Below are positions 36,463 through 45,565 of a stretch of DNA of 47,826 nucleotides, piece by piece. The number at the start of each line of letters is the position of its first letter. Positions within the stretch are counted from its first letter, which is position 1. The notes below the pieces were generated by a model. The model saw only the letters and a list, made by a program, of their open reading frames with translations. It searched no databases and was not told where the DNA came from. The stretch spans positions 1,788-49,613 of the forward strand of contig MFLP01000034.1 in assembly GCA_001781555.1 (NCBI GenBank), in the 5' to 3' direction. The DNA is from Candidatus Kaiserbacteria bacterium RIFCSPHIGHO2_12_FULL_53_13 (GTDB lineage Bacteria; Patescibacteriota; Minisyncoccia; Phycocordibacterales; UBA2100). The position numbers were made by a program, and so were the translations under genes.

Positions 36463-37155
36463 ATGCGGCGTAGGGCTAAAGCAGGTAAGAGGAGCAGATT
36501 TTTCATAATAGATTTTGACAGCACCTTTGCCAGAGTAGAGGCGCTGGATGAGCTGGCGGCGATTTCTTTGAACGGGAATAAGAGAAAAGAAAGCATATTG
36601 AAGGAAATAAAGGATATAACAAATATCGGAATGGAAGGAAAGATTTCTATAGATGAATCTTTGGAAAGGAGAGTAGTCCTGTTGCATGCGAACAAAAAAC
36701 ATCTTGAAGCGCTTGTGAAGCTCCTAAAGAAGAATGTGACCCCATCGTTTGCCAGGAACAAGGAATTTCTGAAAGAATACGCGAGAAATATATTCATCCT
36801 CTCGGCTGGTTTCAAGGAGCTCATAGTTCCCGTTGTCAGGCAGTTTGGGATTTTGGAAGAAAATGTCTTCGCGAACAATTTTCTTTTTGACAAGATAGGG
36901 AACATTATCGGATTTGATAAAGAGAATATTCTCGCCAAGAAAGGCGGCAAGGTTTCCAAACTAAAAGAGCTGAAGCTTCGCGGAGATGTCTATGCGATAG
37001 GGGACGGCTATACGGATTATGAATTGAGAGAATCCGGACTAGCTACCAAATTCTTCGCTTTCACGGAGAACGTAGCACGGAATGCCGTAATAGAAAAAGC
37101 GGATCACGTCGTGCCGACTTTTGACGAGTTTCTGCGCGTAATCCGCGCATCATAA
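36463..37155 (+). CDS. HAD-IB phosphatase, phosphoserine phosphatase-like
   Basis: DFDST, GMEG.I...SL..R, LSAGF, IGDGYTD. Confidence 0.8.
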   Translation: MRRRAKAGKRSRFFIIDFDSTFARVEALDELAAISLNGNKRKESILKEIKDITNIGMEGKISIDESLERRVVLLHANKKHLEALVKLLKKNVTPSFARNKEFLKEYARNIFILSAGFKELIVPVVRQFGILEENVFANNFLFDKIGNIIGFDKENILAKKGGKVSKLKELKLRGDVYAIGDGYTDYELRESGLATKFFAFTENVARNAVIEKADHVVPTFDEFLRVIRAS

Positions 37156-37210
37156 TGAAGTGCTGCATGCCCGTCTCGCACAGAAGCCTGCTATTGTGTA
37201 CGATAAACGC

Positions 37211-37927
37211 ATGGGAGAAAAACAGCGCATAGGGTCCGCACAGCTCCGGAAAGTGGCGGTATTTGACGTAGACGGGACCATCTTCCGCTCGAGCTTGCTT
37301 ATTCAGCTGGTTGATAAGCTAATAGAAAAAGAAGCATTCCCGAAAAACGCCCGAAAGGTCTATGAGCGGGAACACATGCGCTGGCTGGACCGCGAAGGAG
37401 ACTATGAAGAATACATCCAGGCGGTCGTGCGCGCGTTCTTAAAGCACCTCAAGGGCGTTCACTACGGGGTTCTCGCCGATGCCGCAGAGGAGATAGTCGA
37501 GATGCAGTGGAAGCACGTGTACCGCCACACGCGCGACCTGCTCTCCGATCTGAAAAAGAAAGGATATTACCTGCTTGCGGTTTCGCATTCACCGAAGACG
37601 GTCTTGGATAAGTTCTGTCCGCGGCTCGGTTTCGATAAATCCTACGGCATGGTTTACGAGATAGGCCCGCAGGAGTGTTTTACGGGCGAAGTTATAGACG
37701 CGCATCTTATCCTCAATAAGGCGAATATTTTGAAGCGTGCAGTAGAAAAGGAAAATCTAACGCTTTTGCACTCGGTCGGCGTGGGAGACACGGAGGCAGA
37801 CATCTCCTTTTTGGAGATGGTAGCGGAGCCGATATGCTTCAATCCGAATCTGAAGCTTTACCGGTACGCGAAGCGGATGGGATGGAAGGTAGTGGTGGAG
37901 CGGAAGGATGTAGTATACGAGCTTTAG
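37211..37927 (+). CDS. HAD-IB family hydrolase
   Basis: FDVDGT, VSHS, GDTEAD..FL, CFNP. Confidence 0.82.
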   Translation: MGEKQRIGSAQLRKVAVFDVDGTIFRSSLLIQLVDKLIEKEAFPKNARKVYEREHMRWLDREGDYEEYIQAVVRAFLKHLKGVHYGVLADAAEEIVEMQWKHVYRHTRDLLSDLKKKGYYLLAVSHSPKTVLDKFCPRLGFDKSYGMVYEIGPQECFTGEVIDAHLILNKANILKRAVEKENLTLLHSVGVGDTEADISFLEMVAEPICFNPNLKLYRYAKRMGWKVVVERKDVVYEL

Positions 37928-37963
37928 CGTCACTGCGAGGCGTGTATTTTGCCGCTGTCTAAC

Positions 37964-39979
37964 TTAAATGCTCACGATAACCGGAATGACGATGGGTCGT
38001 TTAAGTGTTCTTTGCATGAGAAATCGTGACACGGATTCAGCGAGGTCTTCGCGCGCGGCGTCCAAGTCAGTCGCGCGCGGATTGCGCATAGAACCCTCGA
38101 CGCTCTTCCGGATAATGAGACGTGTTTGATCCATAAGTTCTTTGTTGTCCCGAAGATACACGAATCCGCGCGAGATGATATCGGGAGATTTGTGGAGACG
38201 TCCGGTGCGTCGGTCGATGGTCGCTACAACGACGCAGAATCCTTCCTGGCCTAGGGCCTTTCGGTCGCGCATCAGGACATCGGAGAGTTCTGAGACGGTG
38301 TGGCCTTCGACGACGCGCAGCTCCGAGGGCGCTTTCACGTCTAGCTTTGTGATTTTTTCGCCGTTCCGTATCTCAATAATAGAGCTATTGTCAGGGATAA
38401 CGATATTCTCTGGTGCCACACCCATCTCGACGGCGAGGTCGGCATGGACGCGTAGCATGTAGTGGTAGCCGTGCACAGGGACGAAGAATTTCGGCTTTAT
38501 CTGCCGGTGTATCCACGCGGCTTCTTCTCGGTTGCCGTGGCCCGAGGCGTGCACGTCGCTCGCGTGATAGGTGATTATGTGCGCACCCTGGCGAGAGAGG
38601 TTGTCTTTGAGCTTCTGCACGGCGCGTTCGTTGCCCGGAATGACGGATGACGAAAGTACGATAGTGTCGGTCGGCTGGAGCCGGATATATTTATGCGTCT
38701 TGTTGCCTATGCGCGCTAGCGAAGCGAATTCATCGCCTTGGGCACCTGTCGCTAGGATGATGAGCTTGTCGGCGGGGTAGCGTTCCATGTCTTCCACGGC
38801 GATGGCCGTGTCATCCTTGTATTTGACGAGCCCGAGCTCGCGGGCTATCTCAACGTTCGTGCGCATCGAACGCCCGTCGATAACTACTTTCTTCCCGGCT
38901 TCTTCCGCGAAATGGATGACGCGGATGAGGCGTTCGAGATGCGATGCGAACATCGCGATGATGAGACGGCCTTTCGATTCTTTTACTATTTTTTCGAGCG
39001 TGCGGTAGACGTTCACCTCTGGTATCGAGAAACCCGGTTGCCAGACGTTGGTCGAGTCCATGAGAAGTGCCAAGACCTTGCGGTGCCTGAATATACCGAA
39101 TTCCTGATGCTCTTCCTCCGACGGTTCGCCGTCGATGTGATTGAGCTTGATGTCGCCAGTGAAAACAACATCTCCCCACGGCGTTTCTATGATGATGCCC
39201 ATTGAATCGGGTACGGTGTGAGTGACGCCGAAAAATCGTATCGTCGTTTTGCCCAGCTTGACCACCTCGTCCTTCTCGACTTCGCGTATCTGGACCGGTA
39301 CCGTCTGCGCGAATTCTTCCTGGCGCTTTTGTATCATTTTACTGGTCAGTCGGCGCGTATATATGGTCGGATTCCCGATACGGTCCATGATGTAAGGGAT
39401 ACCGCCGATGTGATCGAGGTGCCCGTGCGAGATTAGGAGTCCGCGGATCTTGTCGCGCCGTTCTTCGAGGTAGCCGGTATTAGGCAGTATGTAATCAATG
39501 CCCGGAGTGTCTTCCTCCGAGAACGCAAAGCCTGCGTCGAGGATGAAGATATCGTCGTTGAACTCTACCGCCGTCATGTTGCGGCCTATCTCTTCGACTC
39601 CGCCCAAAGGAATGATGCGCACGGTGTCTTTCGAGGGTTCGGGGATAACAGCCGCTGCCGGACGGCCGCGCGTATCCCTATCCTGATGCTGGACGCGCGC
39701 GCGTCCGCGACGTGGCGGATGTGCGGAACGAGAAGAGCCGAAGCGCGGCCGGGCGCCTCCTGCGCTGCCGCGATGGGGAGGACTCGCTCGGCCACTGTCC
39801 CTTCGCGGTGAGGGACTCCTAGGACGCGCGTAGGCGGAACCGCTTTGCGTTCCTCTAGCCGCCGTTCTTCCGCGCGTTGTTCCGGCCGACGCTCCCGTAC
39901 TCGGGATACGCTGACTCGCTGACTCAGGCGCAGATTGCGGGCTCCACGCGTCTTTTTCGGGCATGTTCATATCAATCAA
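37964..39979 (-). CDS. rnj: Ribonuclease J with long R/S/G-rich N-terminal extension
   Basis: PLGGVEEIGRNM, SHGHLDHIGG, TGAQG, HASGH, PVHG. Confidence 0.95.
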   Translation of the reverse strand: MIDMNMPEKDAWSPQSAPESASQRIPSTGASAGTTRGRTAARGTQSGSAYARPRSPSPRRDSGRASPPHRGSAGGARPRFGSSRSAHPPRRGRARVQHQDRDTRGRPAAAVIPEPSKDTVRIIPLGGVEEIGRNMTAVEFNDDIFILDAGFAFSEEDTPGIDYILPNTGYLEERRDKIRGLLISHGHLDHIGGIPYIMDRIGNPTIYTRRLTSKMIQKRQEEFAQTVPVQIREVEKDEVVKLGKTTIRFFGVTHTVPDSMGIIIETPWGDVVFTGDIKLNHIDGEPSEEEHQEFGIFRHRKVLALLMDSTNVWQPGFSIPEVNVYRTLEKIVKESKGRLIIAMFASHLERLIRVIHFAEEAGKKVVIDGRSMRTNVEIARELGLVKYKDDTAIAVEDMERYPADKLIILATGAQGDEFASLARIGNKTHKYIRLQPTDTIVLSSSVIPGNERAVQKLKDNLSRQGAHIITYHASDVHASGHGNREEAAWIHRQIKPKFFVPVHGYHYMLRVHADLAVEMGVAPENIVIPDNSSIIEIRNGEKITKLDVKAPSELRVVEGHTVSELSDVLMRDRKALGQEGFCVVVATIDRRTGRLHKSPDIISRGFVYLRDNKELMDQTRLIIRKSVEGSMRNPRATDLDAAREDLAESVSRFLMQRTLKRPIVIPVIVSI

Positions 39980-40018
39980 TCTTGCATTATCTTGAATAAA
40001 AATGTTTTTTACTTGCTT

Positions 40019-41791
40019 TTATATTGGCTCTGTAAAGAAGTCCCAAACATGCTCCGTTTCCGTATACCAATCTGCCACGTTCAAGAATCTCTCGGACGGA
40101 GTGATAAGCGCTCCCAACTTTATCCCTTCAAGCGCTTTCGGTACCACATAGATGAATTCAGGCGAGTACAAGAAGATGGCCGGCTGGTCTTTGTCGACTG
40201 CCGCGGCAAAAGTACCGTAAAGCTTCTCGCGAGCCCTGCGATCTGTCGTTGCGCGTGCCTGCGCGAGCAACGAATCGGCTTTGGCATTCGCATACATCGC
40301 GAGATTCAGCCCCGGGTCATTTCGCTGGCTTGAGTGCCAAAATGCAAAAAGGTCAAGCGTGCGCCCGACGACCTCTCCGAAAAATACAGCGTCATAAGAG
40401 CGCGGCCGGATTACATTCGTATTGAATTCCGAGATAGGGTATATATGAACATCTACGACGACTCCCGATGCGCGCCAGAATTCCGCGATCGCATTAGCAG
40501 TTGCCGAAAGTTCCGGAGCGTCGGCTGTTGCAAGGGCGATGGAGAGTGTCTGCTTGTTTTTCTTCCATACCTTTGCTTTTTCGTCGAATATCCATCCTCC
40601 GCGCGAAAGTATGCCACGCGCCTTTTCAGAATATGCGTCTTTCGCGACATTCGCAGTGCTTGAGTTCGGTGCTGACGATTGGTTCAGGAGAACACCCGGA
40701 GGTATCGGGCCATTTAAGACCGCCCCGTATCCTTTGAGAATCTCTTCGACAAGCGTGTTCTTGTCGACCGCCGCCGAAAGCGCCGCGCGCACAGACGCAT
40801 CCCTGAGAGCAGGCGAGTGCCCCTGGTTGAAGAACACTCCGAAGACGCGCGGAAGAGGGACGTGCATGATGACGCTGTCCGTGCGCTTGAGTGAAGCGAG
40901 CCCGGCGGGAGATATGTTTGTCATGCTGTCCACTTCGCCCGCGTTCATGGCTTTGATAAGCGCTTTCTCGTTCGGGTAAAAGAGAAAAGTTATCTTTTGC
41001 AGGTGCGGAGCGCGCGGCGGGAATTGTTTGAACGCCGTGAGAGTAAAGCTCTCCGCCGCGCCCGTGCCGTCCGTTTTGAATGAGGACACGCGATACGGGC
41101 CGCTTCCCACCGGGTGCGTGTTCAAAGGATTGAACGGGAACTCTTCCGAGCTCACGCTGCTCCACAGATGTTTCGGCAAGATACCGAGCGTCGTGTTCTC
41201 AAGGAATGGAGCGTACGCATGCGGTAGTTTGAAAATGACCGTTTGTTCGTCCGGGCTTGAAACGGTAACGCCCTCCCAGTCGGCGCGGCGGGGGCTTTTT
41301 ATATCCGGATTCTGTGCGGCTTGGACCGTGAAAAGTACGTCGGATGCTTTTACCGGAGTCCCGTCATGGAAGGTCGCGTCGGGGCGTATTGTGAAAGTGT
41401 AGGTGGTGCCGTCCTTTGATATTTCGTAATTACTCGCCATGCTTGGCACAACGGAACCGTCGGGAAGCGCACGGGTGAGGCCTGAGTATACGAGTTGTGT
41501 CAGGTCTTCGTCTGCCTGCGAGATGGCAAGAATAGGATTGATAAAACGCGGCGGGCCCACGATGCCTTCCGTAAGAGAGCCGCCGGCGGCAGGAACGATT
41601 ACTGAAACCGCTGAGTTGACTCCAACGAGAAGCGCCAACGTGCTCGCGGCAAGGGCTACGGTCAGGCAATACAAGACCAGCCGCTCACCGGGACGAAAAG
41701 TGCGCAGTAAATTCTCCAGTGTCCCAAAACGCTCAAAACTCCGCGGTCGCGTCATTTTTTCTCTAAGGTCTTCGGGGATTTCTATATCCAT
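40019..41791 (-). CDS. ABC peptide-binding protein (SBP family 5), membrane anchored
   Basis: LVYSGL, TFHDG.PV.ASDV.FT, PVGSGPY, FWHSSQ..GLN. Confidence 0.88.
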   Translation of the reverse strand: MDIEIPEDLREKMTRPRSFERFGTLENLLRTFRPGERLVLYCLTVALAASTLALLVGVNSAVSVIVPAAGGSLTEGIVGPPRFINPILAISQADEDLTQLVYSGLTRALPDGSVVPSMASNYEISKDGTTYTFTIRPDATFHDGTPVKASDVLFTVQAAQNPDIKSPRRADWEGVTVSSPDEQTVIFKLPHAYAPFLENTTLGILPKHLWSSVSSEEFPFNPLNTHPVGSGPYRVSSFKTDGTGAAESFTLTAFKQFPPRAPHLQKITFLFYPNEKALIKAMNAGEVDSMTNISPAGLASLKRTDSVIMHVPLPRVFGVFFNQGHSPALRDASVRAALSAAVDKNTLVEEILKGYGAVLNGPIPPGVLLNQSSAPNSSTANVAKDAYSEKARGILSRGGWIFDEKAKVWKKNKQTLSIALATADAPELSATANAIAEFWRASGVVVDVHIYPISEFNTNVIRPRSYDAVFFGEVVGRTLDLFAFWHSSQRNDPGLNLAMYANAKADSLLAQARATTDRRAREKLYGTFAAAVDKDQPAIFLYSPEFIYVVPKALEGIKLGALITPSERFLNVADWYTETEHVWDFFTEPI

Positions 41792-41941
41792 GATACTGGT
41801 TTGTTCTATTGAATTTTAACTGGCCAGGGTCTTGGCTGGCAGTGCTCAGAGGAAGCGATTCGGAATGCGTGCAGTACTTGTCCTTGGCAATATAAGCCGA
41901 GACTATGCCCGGCCAAAGGCAAGGAGCAATTGTATCAAGTT

Positions 41942-42175
41942 CTAGCTAATGAGTAAGTTAATGAGTGCCGAAAGCGCGAAAAGGATACCAAGGATTATGG
42001 TAGCCCAGAAAAGCGTCTTCTCCAAACCTCGGCGCGTGTGGAAACCGGAGCTAAAATTGTCGGCCCCGAATGCGCCTCCGAGCGATGCCCCCGTCTGCTG
42101 CAAAAGGATGGTGACGATGAGGAGCGCTGAGAGCGTTATCTGCACATACGGCAGAACCTGCTGGAGAAATGCCAT
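41942..42175 (-). CDS. secG: Preprotein translocase subunit SecG
   Basis: ILLQQTGASLGGAFG..TRRGLEK between two transmembrane helices. Confidence 0.9.
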   Translation of the reverse strand: MAFLQQVLPYVQITLSALLIVTILLQQTGASLGGAFGADNFSSGFHTRRGLEKTLFWATIILGILFALSALINLLIS

Positions 42176-42218
42176 GTGCCGGAAGTGTAGCATAGGTGCG
42201 CCGGAAAATCAAAATGGT

Positions 42219-42288
42219 GCTCGAAGACTTCGTGTTTATTAACGGAGGAATCACTCAAACCGTTAATAAACACGAGGTCTTTTCGCTT
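42219..42288 (+). repeat. GCTCG-hairpin-TCGCT element, copy E (short)
   Basis: GCTCG, 22-bp arms at 42224-42245 and 42260-42281 (one G:T), then TTCGCTT. Confidence 0.65.
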
Positions 42289-42310
42289 ATGCCTGGGGAG
42301 GGGGAAGAAG

Positions 42311-42351
42311 AAAAAAAGTACGCCCCCAGGAAGTGTTTCCCTGGGGGGTGC
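42311..42351 (-). terminator. Intrinsic terminator after the small ORF
   Basis: Minus strand CCCCCAGG..CCTGGGGG-CGTAC-TTTTTTT. Confidence 0.7.
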
Positions 42352-42372
42352 TGCCTTCGTCCCGTACTGGAC

Positions 42373-42462
42373 TTAGGCGGCCTTCTTCGCAGCATTCAAG
42401 GTGTTCGCTTGCGCGAACGCCGGCGCGCCCCGGATGCCCGCGGCGGCCAGTTTGGTCTTCAT
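42373..42462 (-). CDS. Putative 29-aa peptide MKTKLAAAGIRGAPAFAQANTLNAAKKAA
   Basis: GGAGG-AAACC-ATG ribosome-binding site and a terminator right after; not in the supplied ORF track. Confidence 0.5.
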   Translation of the reverse strand: MKTKLAAAGIRGAPAFAQANTLNAAKKAA

Positions 42463-42659
42463 GGTTTCCTCCAGTCGCGGCCGAGGCCGCGGATTGAAAG
42501 CCATCTCCCACGAGCCGCTTTCCCATCGGGGGCTTGGAGCCAACCTCCTAGCCTCGCAATGGATCTACTCGCTCTGGCAATACCAGCTTGCTTCAAGCTG
42601 TGAGTAAAGACACATAGGCCGATATGTTTTTTCGGAAATATTCCGGATAAGAAGAAGAA

Positions 42660-42687
42660 TTGACAGGAGATTCTCGCCTTATATAAT
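42660..42687 (+). promoter_or_regulatory. Consensus sigma70 promoter of groES-groEL
   Basis: TTGACA-16 bp-TATAAT. Confidence 0.75.
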
Positions 42688-42749
42688 GCCCCAACGTTGC
42701 AGTTTCTCTGCACCCCATTAGAAGGTAAGGATCAAATGAATTGATTCAT

Positions 42750-43079
42750 ATGAAAAAACAGTCCAAGGTTAAAAGTAGCAAGATGAGCAAGATACAACCG
42801 CTCTTCGACAAGGTTTTGGTAAAGCCGGAGGAAGTTGCTGATGAAAAGTCGCCATCCGGAATCATCATTCCCGACACGGCGCGCAAGGAAAAGCCGGAGC
42901 GCGGCGTTGTCGTCGCTGTTGGCCCCGGGAAGCCCGGAGATGATAACGAGATAATTCCGATGTCAGTTAAAGTCGGAGACAAGGTCGTCTTTTCCAAATA
43001 CGGCTACGACGAGGTGAAGATCAACGACGAGGAATACTACATCGTCGCGGAATCGAACATTCTCGCCGTCATCAAGTAA
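42750..43079 (+). CDS. groES: Co-chaperonin GroES
   Basis: IQPLFDKVLV, SGIIIPDTA.KEKP..G.VVAVGPG, VKVGDKV.FSKY; start may be 42750 or 42783. Confidence 0.96.
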   Translation: MKKQSKVKSSKMSKIQPLFDKVLVKPEEVADEKSPSGIIIPDTARKEKPERGVVVAVGPGKPGDDNEIIPMSVKVGDKVVFSKYGYDEVKINDEEYYIVAESNILAVIK

Positions 43080-43085
43080 GCATTT

Positions 43086-43116
43086 ACTAAAACCTGCAAC
43101 CTAAAACCTATCACCT
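43086..43116 (+). repeat. Heptamer CCTAnnn array before groEL
   Basis: ACTAAAA CCTGCAA CCTAAAA CCTATCA CCT-ATG. Confidence 0.7.
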
Positions 43117-44775
43117 ATGTCTGCCAAACAAGTAATTTTTGATTCAGAAGTCCGCAACGCCCTGAAGCGCGGCGTGGATATCGTCGCAGGCGCGGTCAAA
43201 GTCACGCTTGGGCCCCGAGGGCGCAATGTGGCACTCGACCGTTCATGGGGGAGCCCGACCATCACCAACGACGGCGTCACTATCGCAAAGGAAATCACGC
43301 TCGCTGACAAATTTGAGAACATGGGCGCCTCTATAGTCAAAGAAGTGGCATCCAAGACGAACGACAAGGCAGGCGATGGCACGACAACGGCCGTTGTCTT
43401 GACGCAAGCCATCGTGCACGAGGGCTTGAAGCGCACCGCGATGGGCGCCAACGCGATGATGGTTCGCCGCGGCATCGAAGCGGCGGCGAAAGATGCCGTC
43501 GAAGCGCTCAAAGCGATGGCGCGCCCCGTCGCGGGAAAGAATGACATCCGCCAGGTGGCGACCATATCCGCCGAATCGGAAGAGCTCGGAAAGAAGATCG
43601 CGGAAGTCGTCGAGAAGGTGGGCAAGGACGGCGTCGTTACGGTGGAGGAATCGCAGACGACCGACATTGAATCGGAATACGTCGAAGGCATGGAGTTCGA
43701 CAAGGGATATGTGTCCGCTTACATGATAACGAACCCGGAGCGGATGGAGGCCGAATCGAAAGATGCGGCCATCCTCGTGACCGACAAGAAGATCTCCACC
43801 ATTAAAGACATTCTTCCGCTTCTCGAGAAAATCGCCCAGAGCGGGAAGAAGGATCTCGTCATCATCGCCGACGACGTGGACGGCGAGGCCTTGGCGACGT
43901 TCGTCGTCAACAAACTGCGCGGCGTGTTCAACGTGCTCGCGGTCAAGGCCCCGGGCTACGGCGACCGGAAGAAAGAGATGCTCGCGGATATCGCCATCAC
44001 ATTAGGCGCGCAAGTCGTCTCCGAAGACCTCGGCATCAAGCTCGAGAACGTGGAATTGAACATGCTCGGCCGCGCGAATCGCGTCGTCGCGACGAAAGAT
44101 TCGACGGTCATCGTCGGCGGAAAAGGGAAGAAGGCCGACATCGAGGCGCGCGTCTCGCAACTCCGGAAGCAGTTGGAGAACACCGATTCGAAGTTCGACA
44201 AAGAGAAGCTCGAAGAGCGCATCGCGAAGCTCTCCGGCGGCGTCGCGGTCATCCGCGTGGGTGCCGCAACGGAGACCGAGATGAAATACTTAAAGGACAA
44301 GATCGAAGACGCGGTGAACGCGACGAAGGCCGCGATCGCCGAGGGCATCGTCCCCGGCGGCGGCTCGGCGCTCGCAAAAGTGGGCGCGAAGCTCGCGAAG
44401 AAAGTCGATGCGAAGGCGCACGATGAATACACGATCGGATACCGCATCCTCCTCTCCGCGCTTTCCGCTCCGCTTCTGCAGATCGTGAAGAATGCCGGAC
44501 GCGAGGACGGCGCGGTCATATTGCAAGACGTCGTGAAGAAAGCCGGCAACATGGGATTCAATGCGGCCACCGAAGCGGAATCGGAGGAGAGCAACATCGT
44601 AGACATGTTCGAGGCAGGCATCATCGACCCGGTCAAAGTGACGCGAAGCTGCGTGGAGAACGCGGCGTCAGCCGCGGCGGTCTTGCTCACGACCGAGGCG
44701 GCTGTTGCCGATATTCCAGAAGAGAAGAAATCTGCACCAGGCGGAATGCCGGGTGGGATGGAGGGGATGGACTAA
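43117..44775 (+). CDS. groEL: Chaperonin GroEL
   Basis: [28 protein letters not shown] tail. Confidence 0.98.
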   Translation: MSAKQVIFDSEVRNALKRGVDIVAGAVKVTLGPRGRNVALDRSWGSPTITNDGVTIAKEITLADKFENMGASIVKEVASKTNDKAGDGTTTAVVLTQAIVHEGLKRTAMGANAMMVRRGIEAAAKDAVEALKAMARPVAGKNDIRQVATISAESEELGKKIAEVVEKVGKDGVVTVEESQTTDIESEYVEGMEFDKGYVSAYMITNPERMEAESKDAAILVTDKKISTIKDILPLLEKIAQSGKKDLVIIADDVDGEALATFVVNKLRGVFNVLAVKAPGYGDRKKEMLADIAITLGAQVVSEDLGIKLENVELNMLGRANRVVATKDSTVIVGGKGKKADIEARVSQLRKQLENTDSKFDKEKLEERIAKLSGGVAVIRVGAATETEMKYLKDKIEDAVNATKAAIAEGIVPGGGSALAKVGAKLAKKVDAKAHDEYTIGYRILLSALSAPLLQIVKNAGREDGAVILQDVVKKAGNMGFNAATEAESEESNIVDMFEAGIIDPVKVTRSCVENAASAAAVLLTTEAAVADIPEEKKSAPGGMPGGMEGMD

Positions 44776-44912
44776 CGCTCGGGGATTTTCCTACGTGGAG
44801 CCCGGCCGCACCTCCAGCGAGGTGCGGCCTTAGGTTCGCCGCACGATTTCGCCTTAGTCGAAAACCATGCTCGCGCGGCTGCACAGACTCCACGTAGGAA
44901 AATCCCCTCGCT
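44776..44912 (+). repeat. GCTCG-hairpin-TCGCT element, copy D
   Basis: Perfect 20-bp IR at 44781-44800 / 44888-44907; inner hairpin GGCCGCACCTC..GAGGTGCGGCC; flanks CGCTCG and CTCGCTT. Confidence 0.75.
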
Positions 44913-44953
44913 TGTATTGTGGAGAAAAGACAGAGTGATATAATTGTGTGCAT

Positions 44954-45514
44954 ATGAGTATTCCTTTCATAATCTTACTAGTCGCAGTCATCATCGTCTT
45001 GTGGGCGGTGTTTATTTACAATCGCTTCGTCGCGCTTACGAATCGTACGGAAGAGGCATGGTCCGATATCGACGTGCAGTTGAAGCGTCGGTACGACCTC
45101 GTCCCGAATCTGGTGGAAACAGTAAAAGGTTATGCAAAGCACGAGGCGGGGACATTGCAGAAGGTCACCGAAGCGCGCACGAAGGCGATGAATGCATCAA
45201 CCGTCGCGGAACACGCAGAAGCCGAGAATATGTTGACAGGCGCTTTGAAATCACTTTTTGCGGTTTCCGAGGCCTATCCCGATCTCAAGGCAAACACGAA
45301 CTTCGTCGAGCTCCAGCGCGAGCTTTCCGACACCGAGAACAAAATCCAGGCCGCGCGTCGCTTCTACAATTCCGTCGTGCAGGAGCTTCAGAACGCGCTT
45401 GAGATGTTCCCATCGAATCTTATCGGCAGCGCGTTCGGCTTCAAGACGCGCGAATTCTTCCAGCTCGGAGAAGGGGAGCAGGCGGCGCGGGAGCCGGTTA
45501 AAGTCAAATTCTAA
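44954..45514 (+). CDS. lemA: LemA family protein
   Basis: N-terminal TM, YN, AWSDIDVQLKRRYDLVPNLV, EAYPDLKAN, ARRFYN. Confidence 0.95.
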   Translation: MSIPFIILLVAVIIVLWAVFIYNRFVALTNRTEEAWSDIDVQLKRRYDLVPNLVETVKGYAKHEAGTLQKVTEARTKAMNASTVAEHAEAENMLTGALKSLFAVSEAYPDLKANTNFVELQRELSDTENKIQAARRFYNSVVQELQNALEMFPSNLIGSAFGFKTREFFQLGEGEQAAREPVKVKF

Positions 45515-45565
45515 ATTACGCGTGGGCTCCGCTGTCCACTGTAAACTGCTCACTGATTTTTTGAT

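Noticed and set aside
41800..41940. RNase P or SRP RNA, suggested by CGGCTTATA and GGAAGC fragments
   Set aside because: Too short, and lacks the other conserved motifs (GAGGAAAGTCC; full SRP helix 8).
42211..42600. tmRNA, suggested by the ANTLNAAKKAA-stop tail
   Set aside because: No tRNA-like acceptor or T-arm found, and the ORF has its own SD and ATG; kept as a small-peptide candidate.
42600..42750. CIRCE operator before groES
   Set aside because: No TTAGCACTC-N9-GAGTGCTAA present.
43101..44690. Long antisense ORFs over groEL (and similar ones over thrS, dnaE, smc, glmS)
   Set aside because: Shadow ORFs caused by GC-rich codon bias; no motifs.
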